From positions 1 through 44,214 of the IMG/VR virus record IMGVR_UViG_3300049141_000137: DNA of 44,214 nucleotides; one strand, given 5' to 3'. Below are positions 27,481 to 35,102 of this stretch, one piece after another; within the stretch, counting starts at the first letter, position 1; each line of letters begins with the position of its first letter. The notes under the pieces were generated by a model. It saw only the letters and a program-made list of their open reading frames with translations. It searched no databases and had not been told where the DNA came from. Source of the stretch: a virus (taxonomy: Duplodnaviria > Caudoviricetes). Made by a program: the position numbers and the translations under genes.

Positions 27481-27551
27481 GGCGCGTTACGGGATTCGAA
27501 CCCGTGTCACCTCCGGGCAGGAGGAGTCCTGAGCCACTAGACGAAACGCGC
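27481..27551 (-). tRNA. Non-canonical tRNA: Glu-type D arm, anticodon arm 2 nt short (5-bp stem with TGCCC loop, or 4-bp stem with GCC/Gly anticodon)
   Basis: GCGCGTT TC GTCT AGTGGCTCA GGAC T CCTCC TGCCC GGAGG TGAC ACGGG TTCGAAT CCCGT AACGCGC C. Confidence 0.8.
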
Positions 27552-27607
27552 GTCCCTTCGGCCACCTGATCAGGGCGACTTACCGGGACAGGGGAGCTAC
27601 CCCACTG

Positions 27608-27682
27608 TTGACCATCCAGGATTTGAACCTAGGACCCCCGCCTTATCAGGGCGGTGCTCTAACCGGGCTGAGCTAATGGCCA
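27608..27682 (-). tRNA. tRNA-Ile (GAT)
   Basis: CCGCC-CTGATAA-GGCGG; TTCAA T-loop. Confidence 0.92.
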
Positions 27683-27764
27683 TAGACCCGGCGGTGATCG
27701 GGCTGCGGTCCGATATCGCATACACCCACCGGGCTACCCCGTGTTAGTCGGCACGGGTACCTCG

Positions 27765-27838
27765 TCGGCCCCGGTGGATTCGAACCACCGACCTCCGGGA
27801 TTTCACTCCGGTGCTCTACTCGTCTGAGCTAGAGGCCG
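27765..27838 (-). tRNA. tRNA-Phe (GAA), atypical anticodon loop
   Basis: CCGGA-GTGAAAT-CCCGG; G32/U38 and an A31-C39 mismatch. Confidence 0.85.
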
Positions 27839-27839
27839 T

Positions 27840-28187
27840 TCACTGCTGCCGGCGGTCCTCTGCCGACTTCTCCTTGTGGCAGTCGTGGCAGAGGGTCTGT
27901 GCGTTGCTGAGCGTCCACGTACCGCCCTTGGCGATGGGTAGAACGTGGTCGACTTCCAGCCGTTCCCTAGCCCCGCAGCGGACACAGGCGAAGCCGTCCC
28001 GGACCAAGGCCCGAGGGCGAACCTGTCGGTCCCAGGCCCTCAAAACAGCGGGCTTGGTCTGGTTTCGGGCGCTCTTGCGAGCCCAAGGACGCTCAACCGG
28101 TGCATGGTCGGCGCACCGCCCTGCCTTGACAGTTCGTTGAACACACCTGGGTACGAGGCAGATTGAGGCAGCTCTAGGCATGCTCAC
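27840..28187 (-). CDS. HNH endonuclease (packaging-associated)
   Basis: RDGFACVRCG...EVDHVLP..KGG....NAQTLCHDCHKEKS. Confidence 0.93.
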   Translation of the reverse strand: MSMPRAASICLVPRCVQRTVKAGRCADHAPVERPWARKSARNQTKPAVLRAWDRQVRPRALVRDGFACVRCGARERLEVDHVLPIAKGGTWTLSNAQTLCHDCHKEKSAEDRRQQ

Positions 28188-28291
28188 CGCCTCTTGTTCG
28201 ATTGTAGTTCGAATTTCCAGAACAAACCGGGTCTACTCGGCGGTAGCCGATGGGTTAGGTTTGGCTAAGTCCTTACGCCAACACCCTTGTT

Positions 28292-28330
28292 GGTAGCCCC
28301 GGCGGCTTCTAGTCTGGCGCCGGGGCTACC
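28292..28330. repeat. 13-bp perfect inverted repeat in the divergent intergenic region
   Basis: GGTAGCCCCGGCG ... CGCCGGGGCTACC. Confidence 0.8.
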
Positions 28331-28549
28331 TCCCCAACTGGCTCTCTACCTGCCGCCTTCGCGGCAGGGAGACTCAACAGAGGGGCAGAGTTGTGATCGT
28401 CCGACTACGTAAGTGGAGGTAGTTAGTCCAGTCACTTCAACACTGTGTTGAGACTCGTAGTGGCTAGATCTATCTAAGTTCTTCTCTCTTGGCTCTCACT
28501 AGGTATGTACGTGTCCTGGGAGAGCAGACCGGACAGTCGGGTAGTGATG

Positions 28550-28565
28550 TGAGACCTGGATCACA
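28550..28565. promoter_or_regulatory. Crp-like box upstream of the repressor
   Basis: TGAGA-N6-TCACA (one mismatch to TGTGA-N6-TCACA). Confidence 0.4.
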
Positions 28566-28681
28566 CTGTCTTAGAATTAGCCTGTGTTGGGCGGCTGGAG
28601 CCCGGTAGAGTGCTGACAGTCCCACCTCTCTGCCCCTGTGAGGGTTGCCGGACCGGACAAGATAACCAGTAGAGGAATTGA

Positions 28682-29167
28682 ATGAGACCGCGACTGCTTC
28701 CCGATAACGCGAAGCTTCTGATGTTGGAAGCCGCCGGGATGTCGCACGCTCAGATTGCCGCCGAGTACAAGGTTTCCCGCCAGGCTGTAACTAAGCGATT
28801 CAATGACATGGGCGAATACTCGCAGGCGTCCAATAGAGAAGTTACCGCCGTGCTCCCCTGGGATCTCGGCTCTCACCCCGCCAAGGGTCGCCTGAAGGAC
28901 TCGGAAGAGTATTTGGGGTTGCGGGCTTTCCTCCGGGAGCGCATGAGCCTGCCCGTGTCGCCTCGATCCAGGCTGGCCCTCAAGATCTTCATGAACCACA
29001 TGGAGCGCGGGGAAGTCCTCGACCTCGACCAGGTCAAGGGTGTGAGGTACGTGCGGCGCGAGGAGAGAGATGGGTCACTGGTCATCCGGTGGCCTGAGGG
29101 CGTCCCGCAGGACGAGCGGACGGCCCTGTTCCGCCTGAGCCCAGCTCACGAGGCGTCTTCACCCTAA
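28682..29167 (+). CDS. Immunity repressor, L5 gp71-like HTH
   Basis: GMSHAQIAAEYKVSRQAV HTH, then LPW...H...LR and G.RYV.R...D..L.IR as in cluster A-type repressors. Confidence 0.85.
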   Translation: MRPRLLPDNAKLLMLEAAGMSHAQIAAEYKVSRQAVTKRFNDMGEYSQASNREVTAVLPWDLGSHPAKGRLKDSEEYLGLRAFLRERMSLPVSPRSRLALKIFMNHMERGEVLDLDQVKGVRYVRREERDGSLVIRWPEGVPQDERTALFRLSPAHEASSP

Positions 29168-29191
29168 GTGACACTTTGTCTAACAGTGTTT

Positions 29192-29226
29192 GGCCCGAGT
29201 AGGTATGACCCTGCCGGGCCTCTTTT
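29192..29226 (+). terminator. Terminator after the repressor
   Basis: GGCCCG...CGGGCC followed by TCTTTT. Confidence 0.6.
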
Positions 29227-29253
29227 GGTTGTACCAGGGGAAACGCTTTCCAA

Positions 29254-29269
29254 TGTGAAGTACGTCACA
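29254..29269. promoter_or_regulatory. Perfect Crp-type palindrome
   Basis: TGTGA-AGTACG-TCACA. Confidence 0.55.
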
Positions 29270-29382
29270 CCAATATTCACGGTTGCTTCACAGGTTGCAC
29301 GGCGTAACCTCTGAGTCACCGGGTGAGCGATCGTACGGACGTTCGACCGGTAGGCAAGAGAGGTCAGGGGGGCGTGGGGCTA

Positions 29383-29829
29383 ATGATCTTGGGGGCGGTC
29401 TGCCAGCGGCAGACGCGCGCCGAGCTGCGGCGCGCTATCGGAGAGGCTCCCGTACTGAGGCGGGCAGACGTGTACGCGTCTGAGGGCCTACGTGTCACGC
29501 GTGTGGCCACGCCTACGGTCGGGGCCTACTTCGTCATCACCGAGTCAGATTCTCTGGTTCCTGAGGACGTATCGGCCCTGGTCCAGATCAGCGCGGAGCT
29601 TAGGTCTCCTTGGCGAAACCGGGTTGTGGAAACGGACTCCTACGATCACCCTCACAAATGGTTTCCGTTGTCTACAAAGTTCTGGGTGCATGTGGTGCAC
29701 CCTGAGTTGCAGCCCGATTGGGAGGCTCATGAGCGACCGTTTTTCTGTGCTGGCAATCATGGCAAGGTCAGTCAGCCAAGCCGAGCAGTACGACAAGTGT
29801 CCGCATCAGTACGAGCTTCTGCGGCTTAG
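29383..29829 (+). CDS. Hypothetical protein
   Basis: Open frame from 29323/29383; overlaps the next gene. Confidence 0.5.
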   Translation: MILGAVCQRQTRAELRRAIGEAPVLRRADVYASEGLRVTRVATPTVGAYFVITESDSLVPEDVSALVQISAELRSPWRNRVVETDSYDHPHKWFPLSTKFWVHVVHPELQPDWEAHERPFFCAGNHGKVSQPSRAVRQVSASVRASAA

Positions 29830-30523
29830 GGAGGTCAAACCTCGTCCGGCTGCCTGGTCTCATCAAGGGACCGCATTTCACAGCGCCATCGAGGCGTACG
29901 AAGAAGGCGGGAGAAAGCTCACCGCGGATGAGGCAGCGAACGTGTTCCACGTCGAATACGTGGCTGCCACGAAGCGCGCCCTGGCGGACGAGCCCAACCT
30001 AGACCAGTGGATGACCGCCGGCACTGACGGGCAATCGGACATCGAGGCTAGGTATGCCCTCGGGATGGACCAGACAAGGGCGTACGTCAGATGGGCCGAG
30101 GAGCACAGGCCCTCCATCTGGAAGGATCCCGCCGGCAAGCCGGGCATCGAACTGCACTTGACAGCGGACATCGGTGGTGTCACTGTCCAGGGCTACGTAG
30201 ACCAGCTCCTAGACCAGTCAGACGACTCGGTCCGGGTGCGGGACCTCAAGACGGGCAGCACGAAGAGCAAGTTCCAGCTTCAGACGTACGGCGTCCTCGT
30301 GCGTAAGGTTCTGGGGGTTCCGGTCAACGACGCAGATTGGTACATGGCTAAGACAGGCGGCCTGTCCCGGCCTGTGGACCTCACGAAGGTCACCGAGGAT
30401 GACGTAGCCGAGAGGTTCGTGAAGCTCGACCAGGGCGTGAAAGCGGGGAACTTCCCGCCTGTCCCTGGCTTTCACTGCCGATTCTGCGATGTATCCCATG
30501 CCTGCACATCGAGACGCGGGTAA
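29729..30523 (+). CDS. Cas4/RecB-family PD-(D/E)XK exonuclease
   Basis: RSVSQ...Y..CP, QGTAFH, GYVD, VRDLKTG, QL.TY and C..C.....C motifs; start at 29729 or 29759. Confidence 0.9.
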   Translation: MSDRFSVLAIMARSVSQAEQYDKCPHQYELLRLREVKPRPAAWSHQGTAFHSAIEAYEEGGRKLTADEAANVFHVEYVAATKRALADEPNLDQWMTAGTDGQSDIEARYALGMDQTRAYVRWAEEHRPSIWKDPAGKPGIELHLTADIGGVTVQGYVDQLLDQSDDSVRVRDLKTGSTKSKFQLQTYGVLVRKVLGVPVNDADWYMAKTGGLSRPVDLTKVTEDDVAERFVKLDQGVKAGNFPPVPGFHCRFCDVSHACTSRRG

Positions 30524-30528
30524 CAGGA

Positions 30529-30557
30529 TTGCCAGGAAACAACCGTTGGCATATGCT
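30529..30557 (+). promoter_or_regulatory. Sigma70/HrdB-type promoter
   Basis: TTGCCA-N17-TATGCT. Confidence 0.65.
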
Positions 30558-30598
30558 GAAAGTGGAAGGACGGCCCCTCAGGGGGCATTTTTTCGCCC

Positions 30599-30617
30599 TA
30601 GTAAGTTGCCCCCTGGG
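30599..30617 (+). repeat. Conserved 19-bp intergenic motif, copy 1
   Basis: TAGTAAGTTGCCCCCTGGG. Confidence 0.8.
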
Positions 30618-30641
30618 TAGGAGTGAAAGGAAGGTGGGACG

Positions 30642-31475
30642 ATGTTCAGCCTTGCTCAGTCGGTAAGGATTCGGGGGGCCGCAGGTGAACCGATCCCAAA
30701 CCCGTTCAAGTCGCTCAAGCGGCTAGAGGTCGAGTTCCGCCGGGCGGAGCTTTCTCTAGTCGTTGCCGGCCCCGGCACCGGAAAAAGTCTCTTCGCGCTG
30801 TTCCTGGCGATGATGGCTAACATCCCTGTCCTGTACTTCTCTGCTGACTCAAGCTCTGCAACCCAAGTGGCCAGAGCTACAGCGATGATCACCGGAGAGG
30901 ACGCCAAGGGCATCAAAGATGCCTTGACTGAAGGTGACTTTTCCGAGTACGAGGATGCTCTAGGAAAACGCTGGTGGACTCGGTTCAACTTCTCGGCTAG
31001 ACCAACTCAGCAGGAACTTGAGCTTCACCTCTTGTGCTATCTGGAGGTGTACGGGTGCACTCCGCATCTTCTAGTCGTCGACAATGTGACGAACGTCGAC
31101 ACCGGAGCAGTGGGGGACGCCGAGGCGTATACATTCGGACTGGAGGGGTTGTGCGAATATCTCTCCGAAATGGCGAGAGCCACAAACGCTCACGTGCTCG
31201 GTCTCCACCATGTGACAGGACCGCACTCCGACGGCTTGACCCCCATCCCGCTGAGCGGCGTAAAGGGGCAGGTTCATCGAGTTCCGTCACTCATCATGAC
31301 CATTCATAAGGAGGTTGACGGCATGAACAGCCGAATCCTCCATGCCTCGCCTGTGAAGAACCGAGAGGGTTTTGAGGACTCCTCGGGGGGCACCTTCGCT
31401 AGCTTCCGTCTCAACCGCTCGAATCTGCGGTTGGAGGAGCTTGACGAAGAGCTTCCGGTCTCTTTCGCTGGTTAA
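30642..31475 (+). CDS. DnaB-like / RecA-fold helicase
   Basis: AGPGTGKS Walker A, VLYFSADS, LLVVDN Walker B, LHH, VKNR. Confidence 0.88.
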   Translation: MFSLAQSVRIRGAAGEPIPNPFKSLKRLEVEFRRAELSLVVAGPGTGKSLFALFLAMMANIPVLYFSADSSSATQVARATAMITGEDAKGIKDALTEGDFSEYEDALGKRWWTRFNFSARPTQQELELHLLCYLEVYGCTPHLLVVDNVTNVDTGAVGDAEAYTFGLEGLCEYLSEMARATNAHVLGLHHVTGPHSDGLTPIPLSGVKGQVHRVPSLIMTIHKEVDGMNSRILHASPVKNREGFEDSSGGTFASFRLNRSNLRLEELDEELPVSFAG

Positions 31476-31491
31476 TTAGTTGCCCCCTGGG
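31473..31491 (+). repeat. Conserved 19-bp intergenic motif, copy 2
   Basis: TAATTAGTTGCCCCCTGGG. Confidence 0.8.
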
Positions 31492-31512
31492 TTCGAAAGG
31501 CGTACCTTGAAA

Positions 31513-31860
31513 ATGGAAAGCACGAAGATCGCTCAGGTCATCCGGGGCGGGTTCAGAGCAGATCGGGAATTCGGCTTCGCCCTTGCGAACCGATTCCCGG
31601 GCCTGGACCTCTCTGAGGTGGACACGGAAGGCGTGGCAATGGTCATCGAGATCGGTGACGTGCGGCGACTCAACGTCTTCCAGCTTTCCAGGGTTCTCGT
31701 GGGGGCCGCCAAGGGGGGAGTGAAGACGGCTGTCATTCACTTCCCTGGCAAGGGACTGAGCACGGCAATCCCGCTGTTCAACCTGTTCGCCATGGTGGAC
31801 GAGACCGCCCGACTCAAGGAACTCCGCAGGCTGGAGGCGGCCATACGAACGGGGGCTTAA
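31513..31860 (+). CDS. Hypothetical protein
   Basis: ATG at 31513 after GAAAGG; TAATG junction. Confidence 0.7.
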   Translation: MESTKIAQVIRGGFRADREFGFALANRFPGLDLSEVDTEGVAMVIEIGDVRRLNVFQLSRVLVGAAKGGVKTAVIHFPGKGLSTAIPLFNLFAMVDETARLKELRRLEAAIRTGA

Positions 31861-32297
31861 TGACCGGACCCCGCAAGGGATTTCGGGAGTGCACGAAGTG
31901 CGGGAAGAACAGGTCTGAGAGGTTCTTTACCTCCTCTCGGGGGAAGGTCTGTTCTTCCTGCCGCAAGGCAAGCCGTCGGCAGGCTGCTCGAAACGCTCGC
32001 ATCCAAGCGACGTATGGACTCTCTGCCGAGGACTACCAGCGCCTCTTTCAGGCGCAGGACGGCAGATGTGCTATCTGCCGGGAAACACGCAAGACCAATT
32101 TGGCCGTGGACCACTGTCACAAGACAGAGGCGATTCGCGGCCTTCTTTGTGCCCGCTGCAATGGGCAGCTCCTAGCGCGGGGGGCTAGGGACCGCCCAGA
32201 GGTATTGCGGCGGGCCGCCGATTACCTAGAGGACTACCCGGCTTGGAAAGTCCTCGGACCTCGATACACCTACGAAAAGGGAAGTAGTCATGGCTGA
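31860..32297 (+). CDS. Endonuclease VII
   Basis: YGLS.EDY.....Q.GRCAIC...LAVDHCH....IRGLLC..CN. Confidence 0.93.
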   Translation: MTGPRKGFRECTKCGKNRSERFFTSSRGKVCSSCRKASRRQAARNARIQATYGLSAEDYQRLFQAQDGRCAICRETRKTNLAVDHCHKTEAIRGLLCARCNGQLLARGARDRPEVLRRAADYLEDYPAWKVLGPRYTYEKGSSHG

Positions 32298-32571
32298 CGC
32301 CAAGCGCACCACCGTTGAGAAGGTCGTCACCGAGAAGAAGAAGGTGCCGGCGATCACGCTGACCCTCACGCAGGAGGAAGCCGAGGCGCTTCAGGCGCTC
32401 ACCGGCAACATCACGGGAGACAGCTACGGTTCCCCGCGCAAGCACACGGATGCCGTGTATCACGCGCTCAGTCAGGCGGGTGTCAGCACCTACAGCAAGC
32501 CCATCACGAAGCAGATGACGGGCTCTCTGCGCTGGCTCTCCGAGCCCAAGCAGCCGACGTACCGCTTCTGA
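32290..32571 (+). CDS. Hypothetical protein
   Basis: 93 aa; RBS AAGGGAAG. Confidence 0.75.
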   Translation: MADAKRTTVEKVVTEKKKVPAITLTLTQEEAEALQALTGNITGDSYGSPRKHTDAVYHALSQAGVSTYSKPITKQMTGSLRWLSEPKQPTYRF

Positions 32572-32584
32572 GTCAGGTGATCCA

Positions 32585-32746
32585 GTGAGCGACACGAGCG
32601 CGGGCTATGGCCCCTCCTACTCGCGGCAGTGGCGCGGCAATCACCACATGTGGCAGGCCGCAGCCCGCAAGTACGACTTTCCGGTGACGACGTACAAGGT
32701 TGGTCCGAATGGTGAGCGAAAGCTCATCGAGACCACCAATCGCTAG
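32585..32746 (+). CDS. Small hypothetical protein (53 aa, not in the ORF track)
   Basis: GTG after AGGTGA; MSDTSAGYGPSYSRQW... Confidence 0.55.
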   Translation: MSDTSAGYGPSYSRQWRGNHHMWQAAARKYDFPVTTYKVGPNGERKLIETTNR

Positions 32747-33110
32747 AGTCCTCGCCCACTTCTACGGGTTTGAAACGAAGGCCACGAGGGGGCGAGTGAA
32801 AATCGCTTGCCCCCTCCCTTCGCATCCGGACTCCAATCCATCAGCGTCGGTGGATCTCGACAGGAACCGATGGAACTGCTTCGCGTGCAACCTATCGGAA
32901 GACTCATACGCCGTGATCATGAGGGAGGAAGGTATTGGCTTCACTGAAGCCAAAGAACGCGCATGTGCCGAATTCGGTGGAGACAGCGAAGCGGTACCAC
33001 CAGACGTATCAGGGAAGCCGGGCCGAGAAGTACATAGCAGCCCGCGGCCTCGCAGAGGTCGCAGCCCGGTTCGGCCTCGGCTTCGTGGATTCGGCTCAAC
33101 CTGGTCATGA
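32709..33110 (+). CDS. DNA primase zinc-binding (CHC2) part
   Basis: CP...H.D.NPSASV......WNCFAC. Confidence 0.85.
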   Translation: MVSESSSRPPIARVLAHFYGFETKATRGRVKIACPLPSHPDSNPSASVDLDRNRWNCFACNLSEDSYAVIMREEGIGFTEAKERACAEFGGDSEAVPPDVSGKPGREVHSSPRPRRGRSPVRPRLRGFGSTWS

Positions 33111-33627
33111 GCGCTACGCGGGAAGCCTCTGCATTCCGTACCTCCGCCCTGCTGGGGGAGAGGACGGAGTAGCCACATGCCGCTTCCGCTGCATCGCTGA
33201 CGAGTGCGTGAAGGACGCTGACGGCCTCTACCTCTTCCAGAAGGGCGAGAAGGAACGCCACCAGGGCCACGGCAAGTACCTGAGCCTCCCGGGGGATCCT
33301 CCAAGGCTCTACAACACGCCTGCCTTGATTGAGCCCAGCCCGTTCCTGGTGGTGGTTGAAGGCGAGTTCGACGCGCAGTCGTGGGCCGTCGTCGGGGTGC
33401 CGGCGGTTGGAGCCCCCGGCACCGGCACATGGCGGGACTACTGGACGCCTGCGCTGCTCGGTTACGAGGTGGTCTACCTGATAGCTGAGGACGAACCCGG
33501 ATTGGTCTTCATGGACGGCCTAGCGGCCGACCTGCCTAACGGCAAGGTCATCAAGACTGATGGGGACTCGAATCAAATCCTCATCAATCAGGGGCCTGAA
33601 GCGCTGAAGAGAAGGATCGGGCTGTGA
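32935..33627 (+). CDS. DNA primase TOPRIM part
   Basis: YIAARGL, L.IPY, KYLSLPG...RLYN, VVEGEFDA, AVG.PG motifs; TTG behind GGAGGAAGG. Confidence 0.88.
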   Translation: MASLKPKNAHVPNSVETAKRYHQTYQGSRAEKYIAARGLAEVAARFGLGFVDSAQPGHERYAGSLCIPYLRPAGGEDGVATCRFRCIADECVKDADGLYLFQKGEKERHQGHGKYLSLPGDPPRLYNTPALIEPSPFLVVVEGEFDAQSWAVVGVPAVGAPGTGTWRDYWTPALLGYEVVYLIAEDEPGLVFMDGLAADLPNGKVIKTDGDSNQILINQGPEALKRRIGL

Positions 33628-34034
33628 ACGCTGGCCAAAAGGTCGTGATCACCGAAGGGCCTCACTCGGGTAAGCGAGGGAGGGTATCCAGTGTCAGGAA
33701 TCCTTCCGACGCCTTCCCGTACAGCTATTACGTCAAGGTGTACGGCTCCGTCATTCGTTACGTCTGGTTCAAGGAAGGCGAATTGAAAGCCGATCCCGTC
33801 CAGAGTGATCCGCTCGGAAAGGCCGATACGGTCAACCATCCCGGGCATTACACATGGCTTCCGAATGGTGTCGAGGTCATCGACATCACGGAACACATGA
33901 ACTTCAACCGCGGAAACGCTGTGAAGTATGTCGCCCGAGCCGGGCGAAAGAGCAGGGCCACTGAGCTGGAAGACCTCAAGAAGGCTCGTTGGTACATAGA
34001 CCGCGAGATATCTCGAATGGAGAACATCAAGTGA
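33624..34034 (+). CDS. DUF3310-domain protein with N-terminal KOW-like segment
   Basis: VNHP.HY...EVIDI...F.RGNAVKY..RAG.K....EDLKKARWYI. Confidence 0.85.
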   Translation: MNAGQKVVITEGPHSGKRGRVSSVRNPSDAFPYSYYVKVYGSVIRYVWFKEGELKADPVQSDPLGKADTVNHPGHYTWLPNGVEVIDITEHMNFNRGNAVKYVARAGRKSRATELEDLKKARWYIDREISRMENIK

Positions 34035-34450
34035 GCATCGTCCTGACTGACACACAGGTTCTTTCTGCCCTCCGTCAGATCGCTGAGGAGAACCCGGAGA
34101 AGGTCTACGTGGCCCCGGCGGACATGCGGGACGAGTGGGGTTCCTGCTACTACGTGCACCGTGACGACCAGGGCAACGAGTCCCCGGGTTGCATCGTGGG
34201 TCAGGTGCTTCACCGCCTGGGCGTGCCCCTGGCGGACCTGAAGGAAGCCGAGACCCTTGGGGCGACCGCTGCTGTGCGGCTGACCACCCAGGGCGTCAGT
34301 GACAACGTCTCTGACTTCCTGCGCTTCGTTCAGCAGAAGCAGGACCGAGGCGTCACCTGGAGCAAGGCCGTTGCGGATGCCCTTGAGGACTACAACGACA
34401 TTCGCGGGCTCAGCCTGACCCTGCCGGCGGTTGCGGAGGCCGCCGCGTGA
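34031..34450 (+). CDS. Hypothetical protein, paralog A
   Basis: P...Y, C.YVH, GC.VG..LHRLGV...DL, Q..QD.G..W. Confidence 0.75.
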   Translation: MSIVLTDTQVLSALRQIAEENPEKVYVAPADMRDEWGSCYYVHRDDQGNESPGCIVGQVLHRLGVPLADLKEAETLGATAAVRLTTQGVSDNVSDFLRFVQQKQDRGVTWSKAVADALEDYNDIRGLSLTLPAVAEAAA

Positions 34451-34710
34451 GGCGTCTTGCTCTCGGAGTTGGGGCCGCTCTTGCGGCCCTTTCTCTTTCC
34501 GCCTGTTCCTCCAGCCCTACGGCTCCCGTCGAGCAGAGGGAAGCGGGTTCCGCAGAAATCTACGTCATGCCCGACGACTTTCCCTCAGTCGCCTCCAAGT
34601 GCGACGGCCACGGGAACCGGATCTTCGTTTCCGAGGACGGAGAGAAGGCCGGATATGACATCGCGGCTGTTGCTGATCCGAAGTGCTTCAAGAAGGGGAC
34701 GAACCGATGA
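34447..34710 (+). CDS. Lipoprotein
   Basis: MRR, hydrophobic stretch, then LSAC lipobox. Confidence 0.8.
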   Translation: MRRLALGVGAALAALSLSACSSSPTAPVEQREAGSAEIYVMPDDFPSVASKCDGHGNRIFVSEDGEKAGYDIAAVADPKCFKKGTNR

Positions 34711-35102
34711 CCACTGCCGCTCAGGTTGAGATCACCGACGAAATGGCTATGACCACCCTGCGGGACGTGGTGGCCGAACGACCGGAGTACACCTACTCGG
34801 CTCCCTCTCACATGCAGGAAGTACCGGACGGAGAGGACCCGTCGTGCTTCTACGTACACACCGACGAGACGGGGGAGCTGGTCAGTGCCGGCTGTGCTGT
34901 CGGTGTGGCGCTTCACCGCCTCGGGGTGTCACTGGATGACCTGGCCAGGGATGAGGGGATGACGGCCTATTCGCTGCTCCTGAAGCGCTTCCCGATGCTG
35001 TCCGCCAAGACCCGCGAGAAGTTCAACGACATGCAGGCACAGCAGGACTCGGGTAGCCCCTGGGGGCTGGCCTACGCGAAGGCGACGGGGGAGACCATTT
35101 GA
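34707..35102 (+). CDS. Hypothetical protein, paralog B
   Basis: Same motifs as 34031-34450. Confidence 0.75.
   Translation: MTTAAQVEITDEMAMTTLRDVVAERPEYTYSAPSHMQEVPDGEDPSCFYVHTDETGELVSAGCAVGVALHRLGVSLDDLARDEGMTAYSLLLKRFPMLSAKTREKFNDMQAQQDSGSPWGLAYAKATGETI

Noticed and set aside
27552-27607. Spacer with CTGATCAG and CGAA resembling a hammerhead core
   Set aside because: Lacks CUGANGA and GAAA in the required arrangement.
26311-27985. Short ORFs overlapping tRNA genes (e.g. 26934-27155, 26759-26980, and the 5' extension of 26311-26574)
   Set aside because: Explained by the tRNA sequences.
28460-28545. Possible cos site in the AT-richer stretch
   Set aside because: The position is plausible, but no specific overhang sequence can be identified from the sequence alone.
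29729-30523. Cas4-like gene as a sign of CRISPR
   Set aside because: No repeat-spacer array or other cas genes were seen; stand-alone Cas4/RecB nucleases are common in actinophages.
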